DNA from: Podarcis erhardii
Lineage: Eukaryota
Assembly: GCA_964252035.1 (NCBI GenBank)
Contig: OZ176206.1
DNA: 64,000 bases
Direction: 5' to 3' (one strand)
A program made the translations under genes and the position numbers. The notes under the pieces are model-generated. The model did not search any database. It saw nothing but the letters and a program-made list of their open reading frames with translations, and was not told the origin of the DNA. Shown here piece by piece: positions 40,951 through 52,900 of the stretch (its first letter is position 1; every line of letters starts with the position of its first letter).

Positions 40951-43900
40951 ATGTTCCTTTATAACCTAACTCTGCAGCGAGCCACGGGGATCAGTTATGC
41001 CATCCATGGCAACTTTTCAGGTACTCAGTTCTGACTGAAAGCTTAGATGAAAGGTGAAAGCAAAGTCTGGTATTAGACATAGCATGTATTTCTGCTGAAG
41101 TTGTATACCTGCAATTTTGTTTAGAATGGCAGAGATACTATTTCAGGATTCTTGTAGAATATGGGATCTCAACTTTGTCATATTTTTCTGAGCCAAATAA
41201 ACTAAGTTTTCGGAACCTCTTCAGACATCAGGCAGTGGTTAGGCTTGCAACGTTCACTTTTCTCCTTGGCTTATCAAAAGGCAAGGAAGGGCAAGGTTAA
41301 GTGGCCACATATGTATATGGATAGCAGAGCAATATGCTTTTGAAAAGTAAGCAACTTGTCTGTTGACCTCCAATTCTGATTCAAGATTTGGCATTCTGAT
41401 TTCTGGTCTGCATCACAATTTCAGGACAACTACTTATGTGTTCTCTCTGTAAAAAGTGGTCACAACTCAGGTAGGGAAAACAAACCTACAAGGCACTTTT
41501 GAACTTGTAAGCAGCAATGGGAGGTTTGATAGAGAAGTGCTGATGCTTTGGCCATCTTCCTCTTTGGCTGATGATCAGGTTTTTCTTTTCTTTTTAGGTA
41601 CCAAACAACAAGAAATTGTTGTTTCTCGAGGCAAAATCTTGGAGTTGCTTCGTCCTGATCCGAACACAGGAAAAGTTCATACTTTGCTGACAGTGGAAGT
41701 CTTTGGAATCATTCGCTCTCTCATGGCCTTCAGATTAACTGGTGGAACCAAAGACTACATTGTGGTGGGCAGTGATTCAGGTCGCATTGTTATCTTGGAA
41801 TATCAGCCCTCCAAAAATGTGTTTGAGAAGATTCACCAGGAAACCTTTGGCAAGAGTGGCTGTCGCAGAATTGTTCCTGGACAGTATTTGGCTGTGGATC
41901 CTAAGGGGCGAGCTGTCATGATCAGTAAGTTGGGATGGTTGTTTTCAGTGGTAGCTGTATAATACTGTTGAGTAACTGAATGGGAGAAATGATTTGGATA
42001 AGAAACATTGGTTGGTTTTTCTATCCTTGGTCTAGGTTTTGAAACCGCTCCAATCAAAAGTGCTTTTATTGGCGATCCCAGTGCAACTAGATCTGTGTTG
42101 CAAATGGGAACTGAGAAGTTGTGAGTTTCCTTAGGCCATCTAAATGAGTTTGTGGTTGAGTTGATATTTAGACCAGGGTTTCCCAGTTTATACTCTTAGC
42201 CACTCCAGCTAGATTTACTCTCAGCCAATCAGGGTGATTCCATGTTACGAAGAATTTGTTGGAATGCAGCATAATTCAAAATACTTCCCTTCTACGCATT
42301 TGGTACTTGATGTGGTTATGTGTATGACTGCTGAAAACTGAACTAGAAATAGAGCTAAGTTTGCTTAATGGGATGTAAGTGGAGCCTTCTGTGGGTGTCA
42401 GTTTGAAGAAAAGCACTTAAGCCCCATATAACTGGTGCAACAGTTTTCTCTTCCCTGATGTGATGATTAGGAATTCATGTCTCTTCTCTGACATAAGACG
42501 TGGAGACATTTGGATCCAATTCTGATCAGGTTCTCATCATAAATGCCCATTTTCTTATGCATGCATCATGTCATTTTTTTAAAGCTGAAATGTAATTTTG
42601 GGGTTTGATACAAATCTTAGTAGCTAAAGTGGATCTGTAAAAACACTGAATGTTGAACATGGTTTTCTAATTGTTTACCATCCTGTGATGGGAAAAAAGG
42701 TGTCTTCAGGTGAGCCTCCACTGCCATGGTTATAAGATCATATGCAGCTACCTTAATGCCACCTTTCCTTTATATGGGGCTGCACTATGACAATGGCAGT
42801 TATGGCTCTTGTAGTCCAGAAGAGGATGGGTGTGCGAAACCCAATCCTGCTGTGGTTCAACTTCTAATGTTAAACTGGTTTAGTGTTACATCTGAATGCA
42901 ACTACTGGTTCTTCCAACAGGAAAGTAGCTGGGGAAAACTGCTGTGTCTTGAGAGGGCTGCAAGGCCTGCTTATGCAAGAGTAGGGATTGGGCACCTTAA
43001 GCATTAAAGTGCAGACATCTTCTGCTTCTGTATTCCTAATGTTCTCTCTGTCTATCTCTTCATAGGTGCCATTGAGAAGCAGAAGCTAGTGTACATTCTG
43101 AACAGGGATGCTGCAGCCCGACTCACAATTTCTTCCCCATTAGAAGCGCATAAAGCCAACACCTTGGTTTACCATGTAGTTGGAGTAGATGTGGGGTTTG
43201 AAAATCCCATGTTTGCCTGTCTGGAAATGGATTATGAGGTAATGAGGAATTCGTCTCTCTGGTGACTTCCTTGCTCAACTGTGTGTCTCTTTTTAAAAAA
43301 TGCAACTAACACCTTATTGACTCCTTTGTCAACAAAGTCAACTGTCCATCTTCAAGTTCTCCAATATGCTTAGTATGCCCTTCTTATAAATAAGCTGACT
43401 TTCATCGTATTCTCCATAATACAGCAAAATAGAGATTTCTCTGGATGGCGTGGAGGAGGCCTCCAGTGCAACCATGGGTTAGGTCCCCACTATCAGAGTT
43501 AGGCAAGTCATATGACTGAGTACATAAACAGATCAGAAGGGCAAGGAGGGAAACAGGCCTTGGTGGGCAAGCAAGCAATTGCAGAGAGCAAATGCTCTCC
43601 AAAGGTGCCCAAGTCCTTGACTTTGGGCTTAGAACACAGCTTACGATCAGAGGGCACCTCACCTGAGTTTGTACTAGTATTTTGTTCTTAGTGGCATATT
43701 AATAGCAACAACAGTATTACTATTTGTTGTGTATATAGTGTCATTTATGCACCGGTATGATATATTCCTGTAACCTAAGAGATTTCTATTCTAAAACAGA
43801 CACAGGGAAACAGTAGAGGAATTGGGGAGTGAAGAATGTGTGTTTGTTATTTATGTCAGCTCTGGATACATGTGGGACAGGCACTGTAAGAGAGGAGTTG

Positions 43901-46900
43901 CATGGATGTCTCTTGAAGTGCTTTGCGGTGTTTCTATTGGTTAGTTTGATTATAAGTTTATATTAGAGGTCTCTGTACTGCCCTTCACCAAAATAGTCAC
44001 AGGGTGGTTTACAAAGAACAAAACATAATTTTAATTTTTATAAGTAATTCTTATATATTATGTTCCATTGATTTTGTGGCAATAGGGTCAGTTGCTGCAC
44101 CAGATAAACAGGCAGGTGACAGCCTGAATAATCCGTTTCTGAACTATTGGATATTTAATTTTTTTATTCATGGCAGTTTTTCTTTCGGGACCTTCACTTA
44201 CAGTGCAGGCAAACCTTTTCAGTCTGCTTTATTACTCTATTTTTTTTCATTTTATTATGAACATTTATATAGTATTCTTCAGTTGATATTTCCAGGACAG
44301 CTTACGTTAAAAATGCATCCAAATGTATGTTCTCTTACAAGGCAGAGTATGACACTAATTTATTGTTGGTACATGTATTGTTTTCCACAGGAAGCTGACA
44401 ATGACCCCACAGGAGAAGCAGCAGCCAACACCCAGCAAACCTTGACATTTTATGAGTTAGATCTGGGTTTGAACCATGTTGTCAGGAAATACAGTGAACC
44501 CTTGGAAGAACATGGCAACTTCCTTATTACAGGTACTGCTACCATTTCCAGTCCTTTTAGGGAAAAGGCTTTATCCTAAGATGTCAGAAAGAGAACTGCT
44601 TGAGACAAATGCACATTTTCTGTAGGCTCAAGCCATACTTGATGAATGAAAAGTACAGCAGCATTACAACTATCCTTGATAGTTGCTTTTGTGCCATGCT
44701 TTACAAAAGTGCAACAAGTATTTCCACTCTATGCTCTACATTGGAAACCTAAAGTAGGTTAAAAAGTGGAGACCTCTGTTAGTAGGCAGAAACCATCAGA
44801 TTGATGAAAGCTCACCATATGTAACCCTCTCACTCCTGTGCTTTTCTTTGCTACCCTGATGATTGTCTGCACCTTAGCCCAAACCATGACATTGTCTTAT
44901 TGCAGCAGACATTCAAGCACGAATACATTACTACCAAGTAGTCTGGCAGCCAGGCCAATACTGGACAGGGCAGGATTGCCCGGAGGGGCAGCCAGAGTAG
45001 GAAAGCTGGCTTGCCAACCAGTTGGGTAACGCTGGATATTTGCAAGTCCCTTCATGCTTTCACTTCCTCTGCTTGAACATAGACCCCTCTTCAGCCTGAA
45101 AATGGTGGCAAACTTGTGCAGTTTTTTCTCAAGTGTACCTTGGGTAAACCAGTTCCACAAGAACCAGACGAAACTATAGATGGAGCTGCTCTTCTTCAGC
45201 TTCTTACAACATGTTTCTTTTATTCGTCAGTCCCTGGAGGTTCTGATGGTCCCAGTGGAGTGCTGATTTGTTCTGAAAACTACATCACCTACAAAAATTT
45301 TGGTGACCAACCAGATATCCGATGTCCCATTCCCAGGAGAAGGGTAAGGATCTTGTAGCCTTTTTCACCCTAAAGGAATATCCCAGTAGCATTCTCTGGG
45401 CAGCTGAAAAAATGGTTCACCTTTCAGGTTTGGCCAAAAACACGCAGCATTTGTATGAAGATGAATGCATTATTAACAAAGCTGTGTAGGCTCCATTGAG
45501 GTCCTTAGTGAACTTGGGCTTCCATGGAGTGGGGAGTGGGTCTTCCCATGCCACACCTTACTTGTTAACTCCTTTTCCATATCAGCTAGAAAGAGCTGGC
45601 AGCAAAAGGTTGACTTACGATTTTGCAAAATTCCCAAAATTCTCTCAATGCTCATTATCTTGCTAAGACTTTTAGGGACCATTAGGAATTTGAATCTATG
45701 TAACAATATATCTGAAGAGTCCACAAGGGACTGTGCTGCCTGAGCTAGGCAGGCAGGCCACCATTGCCACCTCCAGCAGCTGTGCTGGTAGACTTTGCAA
45801 TAATTGTGGATGAGGTTGCTCTAGAAAGTGCATGCTCCATCACCACTTTGTCATAACTGTGGAAAATACTCTTAAACAGTATTTGCTTTCATCACAGCAA
45901 AATGGCAGCAATGCAAGCACTTTGCAGAGTGATCTTGCCCACTGTGCCTTATTCTGAGCAAGGTGTGAGATAGGCACCAAGGAGAGCATTTGGGTTATCC
46001 TTGCTTTATGGGAGGAAGGACCCAGTTGGATGGCTAGCAGTAGTGGCAGCTGGTGATGGAGGCAGGTCATTTGAGGGTAGGGGTGCCTAGTCTTCAGCCT
46101 GAGTTATGTGGTGTAGAGTGGCTCATTATAGGACCAGCCACAAAAATATTAATTTCCTAGTAGCTGAAACCATTATGATAGAAATTATTACTTAAGTATG
46201 GAAGTACTGCTAATTGTAAACTGAAAGTGAAAACGCTGTTGTGGCTTGATGTGATGAGTTGATGTCTCTTCTCTGATGCTTATTGTGGAGATGGCATTTC
46301 TTTCTGATCAAGCATTGTTGTTGATTACGTACTTGGTGCTGTGCAGGACACAGAAGACACTGTCTAGAGGTTTTTAAATTGCAAATCTATATTAGACAGT
46401 CAGAGACATTACTGAGAGAGGGCTCTGGTGGAGTTGGGGTACAGTCTCTTTTGTTGCTTTAGCCTTCAGGCAGCAACTACAAATGGTCCTCTTTCAGAGG
46501 ATGTTTGAGACCCTTGAGCTGCAGTTTTAAGGTTCATGTTTTTGTTCCACTGCAAACCATTGCTTTGTCTGTTCTTTTTGTTGGTAGTTTAATTTTATGT
46601 TTTAATGTTTACTTGTAAGGTCTCTTGAGGTGCTTTGACAAGAGTTGGGAGATAGAATTAATTTAATAAATAGATCGTGTTTGAAATTGATATTTGATGG
46701 TGGGGGGGGGGGAGAGCTGGACCCAGGGATTGTGAGGTTTATAGCTCCTGCAAGGCCCAGCGAAAGAAGCGAGGGAAGTGGCTTGATAGAGGGCTCGGGA
46801 GCAGCATCCCAGAAGGGCCCAGAATGGAAGGAAGCAGTGAGGGAGCCTGGCAAAGCTGCTATAAAGAGGGGTGATATTTGCAGTAGGAGGGAAGCCATTA

Positions 46901-49900
46901 ACAGGTGATTTCTAGCTATGATTCCATTAGGGCAGCTTCTAACTTTGAGTCTGACTTGCTCTTCCTTCTGACAGAATGACTTGGATGACCCTGAAAGAGG
47001 CATGATTTTTGTCTGCTCTGCTACACACAAGACCAAGTCTATGTTCTTCTTCTTGGCTCAGACTGAGCAGGGTGACATCTTCAAAATCACCTTGGAGACT
47101 GATGAGGACATGGTACGTCTCCTGCTGTATTCATGAATGTTTGCTTGTGTGTGAGAGAGAGAGGGGGGGGAATGTTTGCTTGTGTGTGAGGGGGAGAGGG
47201 AGGAAGAATGGGTGATGTGTGAACTTTCACATCTAGCTCAAGCAGTAACTCATTTGTGGTGGTTTCAGGTAACAGAAATTCGACTCAAGTACTTTGATAC
47301 AGTTCCTGTCGCTGCTGCCATGTGTGTTCTGAAAACTGGGTTCCTCTTTGTGGCTTCTGAGTTTGGAAACCAGTAAGTAAAATCTCCGACTTCTTTCTGA
47401 AGGGTTGCTGAATTTTTATGCTTGATACTGCTGTTGATGTTCTGCAAAGCACACATGCAGTTTTGGCTACCTTTCCTTCTCCAAATCTGGAAATTGTTCA
47501 GGTTGTGGCTGAATCTCAGACCCTTGCAACCAACCACAGGTATGGCCTGCCTGCTTGGTTTCATCTTGCCAATTTCATCAAGGAGTGTGTCAGTGTCCTG
47601 TTTTCAGAATCTTACAGCAAGCATGGGTGTTGTGGGTTATTATGTCAGGATAAAATTTTGGATTTGTTTAGCCAGTGAGGCCCAAACACATCTATACACA
47701 TATAGCTCATGGTGTGATATTTCATTCACAGGAAGAGAGAAAGGATCTGGGGCAGAGAGCGTATCGTATTGTTTGCCTTTTCTACAGATAGACCAGGGGT
47801 AGTCAATCTTTTTATACCTACCACCCAGTAATGCATCTTTCTTGATGGTAAAATTTCCTCACCGCCCACCAGTGCTCGATGGAAGGAGGATTCAGCTCGT
47901 TCCGTAGAACCACCTATCGCTCACCTAGAACCTTGAAACGCCCACTAGTGGGCAGTAGGGACCAGGTTCACAACTCCTGAGATAGACAAATAAGGATGTG
48001 AAGATGTGTCTTAAACTTGGCCCCTCAGCTACTCTCCTTTGTCCTCAAAGTGTTTTCTTCAGCAAGCAGCCCTACATCTTGGACATAATTGAAATAGCAA
48101 AGCCTGGGGTGGGGGTGGGGGAAACGGTCCAGTTTCATCAGAAGTGGCCCTCCTAGTGTCTCCCTCTTCTCTTTGCAGCTACCTCTATCAGATTGCTCAT
48201 CTGGGGGATGATGATGAGGAGCCAGAGTTCTCCTCTGCCATGCCCTTGGAGGAAGGAGACACATTCTTTTTCCAGCCTCGGCCTCTCAAGAACTTGGTGC
48301 TGGTGGATGAACTGGACAGCCTGTCTCCCATCTTGTGTTGTCAGGTATGCTGTGTGCTTTGTCCCATAGCTTGTGACAAGCTGCTGGGTTCTGTGTTGAC
48401 CTCTGATGCTGGACATTGCATAGCCCTCTAGACCTTGAGAATAATTCCAAAAATGGTATAAGTTTCCAAAACTCCTTTAGATCAGAAACGCAAAGCAGGT
48501 GAGTTAGTTCTTTGTCATGTTTGTATTTCACTTTTCCACAGAGTTGCTTAGCGCAACATGCCTGTCCCTCCTCTTCCCACCATTTATTTTCACAGCTGCT
48601 ACTTTGAGTTGTAGGTTAGGAGGTGATACCCCTATGAGAGAGTGTTTGACTTGGTGGAAGTTGTATCCAGTGCACTGCACTCTTCTGAATTTTGCCACTT
48701 TTAATTTTGCATGGGATTTGTTAGGGGCCCAGGACTTAACACTTTATGCACCCCCAATAGTTTGCAAAGTGGGCTAGCATAATATTTTCTTAAGTTGAGC
48801 CAGCTGTAGGTCATTGTGCAGCATTTTTACAGAAGTGACTATCTGAAGGGAGGGAATTCTGTCAGGAGAGAGCCCACTCCCAGTGGGAGCAGTCAGAATT
48901 TTATTTATTTTTTTTAAAAGGTGAAATTTGGGAGAGGGATGGCTTGAAGGCCACATTTTTTTTGCCAATCCTCCATGACAGCGGGGGATCTATGGAAGCA
49001 GTTGGTTTTTTTAAAAAAGGCCTAAAATATTGGAGGTCTTGAGTGGAAACAAAAACCCTTTGGGGGAGCCACTTGCGGCACCTGATTTATAAAAAGGTAA
49101 TTTTATACAAAACACCAAAATGTAAATTAATACTTTAAAATACCTCACAAAACTGCAAGCCTTTCAAAAAACCTACATAATTGGCAAACCAAAGTTAATG
49201 GACTATGCTGAAATGTAAAACTAACTGGAAAGCTCAGAAATCAAGACAACAAGAAATTTAAAAAAGAATGGGAAATGTTTATTATGTATTTGCAAAAGTA
49301 TTGTAAACAGGTTAATACATTGGCAGGATTTTAAAAACACTTGAAATTTAAGAAATAGTACAGGAAATCTGAGGTAAAAAAATAATTTGGTGTAGAAATG
49401 ATAATGCAGCTGAAAAGAAAACTTAAGGAACGGGGGGTGGGGAGTCACAGGGTTCGGAGAATCCCATTTTATGGATTTGATATTGTTTATGTATTTTTCT
49501 TTGTTTGTGGTTATTGTATTTGTTATTATGTGTTGTTGTTGTTTGTTATTTTTGTTGAAAATTTATTAAAAATATATATTAAAAAAGCCTAAATACAATT
49601 TTGAAGGGAAATCCGAAAAGTTGAAATCTGAAAAACATGGAGTAAAAGGTTGGAAGATGAGCTCTTCCATAAAAGATTGCTCCAACCGTGAGACTAATTC
49701 AGGGGAATATCTTCCCCACTTGATGTCATTTGCCATTAGTTATTAATGCAGATTACCAGTTTATCAAGTGGCAAATGTGAGAACCTTTGCCGCAATCACA
49801 TATGTAAATGGGAGTAAAATGTTGTAGCTCTATTTATGATGCTTCGAAAGTGATAACCATCTTAACTGAACAACCTGTCACCTTTCCTCTCTTATCCCTG

Positions 49901-52900
49901 CATCTTGGCTGCTTTCTGTGCAGATAGCTGATCTGGCTAATGAAGACACCCCTCAGTTATATGTGGCCTGTGGGAGGGGGCCTCGGTCGTCACTGAGGGT
50001 CCTTAGACATGGTCTTGAGGTAAGAAGGGCAGGACATGAAGAGCAAAGCCATTCTGGATCTTCCTCTTGGGTGAAACCTTTTTTGTTAGATGAGAATGGA
50101 TTCACTGGTGTATTCTGAAGCTGAGTAGAGCTAGAACAGGCATAGGCAAACACTGCCCTCCAGATGTTTTTGAGACTGCAATTCCCATCATCCCTGACCA
50201 CTGGTCCTGTTAGCTAGGTACGATGGGAGTTATAGTCCCAAAACATCTGGAGGGCCGAGTTTGCCTATGCCTGGGCTAGAATGTCAGCCTAACTGATCTC
50301 ACAGTTTGGTTAGATTTTAGAGCCAGGTGGATGAATCACATTTGCTGCGCTGTGTGAGAATGTCATAAGAAGTCATAAATAGCATGTGCATTGGGGATTT
50401 TGGAGAAATATACTGAGCTAGATTTTCCAGTGGTTGGGTTCAGTGTAAAGCATTTTTATAGTGGTTGAAGGACAGAATAATTCTTTTGTTTTCTCCTGTG
50501 TAATAGTAATAATTAGGTCCTTTTTATTTGGTGGAGAAAAGCCCTGTTTTAAGCTTTTTAGCATTAATAAAATATGTCTTTCTCTAGGTATCTGAAATGG
50601 CCGTCTCAGAGTTGCCTGGTAACCCCAATGCTGTATGGACAGTGAGGAGGCATGTTGAAGGTAGGAGGTCTTCTGTGATGCAAATGCAGTGGTAAATGGC
50701 ACGTTGAATTTCATTGTTCATCTACAAGTCACCTTACTTGGTTCAGCTGTCTTTGCCTGGAGAGCATCTACCTGCCTCAGGATTATGACTTTCATTCTTA
50801 AACTGGAGTAAGCACAAATGTTGTGTGAAAATTGCACATACCAACTCGGAGAGAAAATCTGCCTGTTTGTAGGTTTTTAGGAGTCCCTCCCTGCTGAGAG
50901 CAGGAGCACTGACAATGCTGTTGCCCCTCTTGCTATAGATGTAGTGCATTCTGTTCAGTGATCTCTTGGCAGTGTTGCCTTTAAGCTCACTGCTGTGGCC
51001 TTTCTTGGTGTCTCTTAGTATATGATTATGATCTTTACCACTCATGGTGTTCCTTCAGCCTCCACCCCTGCCTTTCACTGGAATTGTCTTTGCCATACAG
51101 CCTTTGGTATCTTATGTGCTACTACACCTTCTGTGTGTTCCTGGAATCTCTGCTGGCGCAATGAAACTGGGCGGCTGTCCTGGGACATTCTGTCTTGGGG
51201 TGTATTATTGCAATAGAACCTGACCTGTCTGTGGAAGAAGAAGAGACCTTAATGCACAATCCTAGGCTTATGGTGGTAACATGATTGTTTCGCTCAAAAG
51301 CTCCATGGACAGCACAATTATGACTATTCATACTACATCATTTGCTTAATCATGAAAGAGTATTGTGCTTTTTTGGAATTAGGGGAAGTTGTAATGCCCT
51401 TCCCTGAAGGCATGTCTGAGAAATAACCAGGTACCCCTCCTGACTTGCATTTGCCATTTGCTGAAGGCCCTTGCTCCTCATTGTGTGTGTGTGTGTGTGT
51501 GTTGTTGTTGTTGTTGTTGTTTTTCTTCATATATTAATCTGTCCTCTGTTATGGAGTCAAAAGTGTGTATGGTCTTCAGACAGGACATCCGTGCTGTTCT
51601 CAGCTGTCTAGCTAGCACAGAACTTTGGAAAGCCAGGACCTGTTTTGATCAGCCTTTCTGTATTTTCAGCAGTTCAAGATTTGCTCTGAAAATGCTTTCC
51701 TGACCTGCAAGGGTTGCTTGTCATTCACATGGCTGGTGGTCAGGGGGGGAAAAATGCCCCTGTGAGACTTTTCCCAGACAGCAGCTGGTTTTTCATGGAG
51801 TGGAATTTAGAATCTTAGAGTTGGAAGGGACCCAAGGGCCATCTAGTCTAACCCCCTGCAATCTCAGCTAAAGCATCCATGACATGGCCATCCAACTTGT
51901 TCCATGTGTGAAAATAAATTTATTATATGTGGACTTCAGTGCCTCATAAATGTTTGGGTGACCCAAGTGAGTCCCAGCTCTCACGTTACAGTGTGATTGA
52001 GTAGAATACATTGGTCAGGAGGATAGCTTTACTGGTTCAGTTTTGCATCATGCACAAGGTTGTTTGATGCACTTAGTATTTATTAATGGCTCCCTCTAAC
52101 CAGGTGTGTGCCAGTTTTCGCCATGTAATGTGTTAATGCAATGGCTTGGTGTCTAAAAAATACTAAGCCATGGTTTCTTAAACCATGGTTGGGTTGTACC
52201 CTGCCCAGTGGCTTAACTATGGTTTGTTTACTGCCAACAAACCACAATTTGAAGCCGTGGGTTCTTGTTGGCTTTGGAACCTTGTTTAGTTTTTAATTAC
52301 GGCTTGCTATTATGTATGAATCCACCACATTTCCTCAATCACTATTTCTTTGGCCATCTCACCACCTCCTCACTAAGCTACCAAGCTACCAAGCTACAAA
52401 GACATGTGGCAAGATCAGCTTGAAAAGAAACCAAACTTTGGAAAAGAAAGCCATGGTTTGTTTTATTATCTGTGGTACAACTTGTGCCATATACACGGTC
52501 AAACAAACAATGACTTCACTTTGTGTGCAAACCAGGCCAGTAGTACAAAACTGACCTGGTCATAATGTGGTAATCCTGCCTGTGTCTGGCTTGTGCTTCT
52601 GAAGTTCTGCATTCTCTCATGTTACATGTGTACCATATGAACCCCTTCCAAGCAAAAACTAACCTTGGCTGGTATGTGGTCCCTGCTACTACCAATACCA
52701 AGCCTTCTTTTTTCTTCCACAGGTGGCTGGTGGTGGAGGTGCTGATCCCCTCCCACAGGTGTGTACCTACAGCCAGGGGCTGTAACTGGAGGGGGGGAGG
52801 AAGAGGCACAACCTTGAGGCTCTTTTTAAATTACTTTTCTTGCAAACACCTCTTTCAGCAAACTATGTAAGAAGTCAGTCAGTATCCAAGTACCATCTGA

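Noticed and set aside
44004-44579. 191-aa + strand ORF
   Set aside because: SF3B3 exon 5 (44391-44532) preceded by AT-rich intron that happens to lack stops.
47136-47190. 21-bp direct repeat gaatgtttgcttgtgtgtgag in SF3B3 intron 7
   Set aside because: Slippage next to a (GA)n/G run; the splice sites are unaffected.
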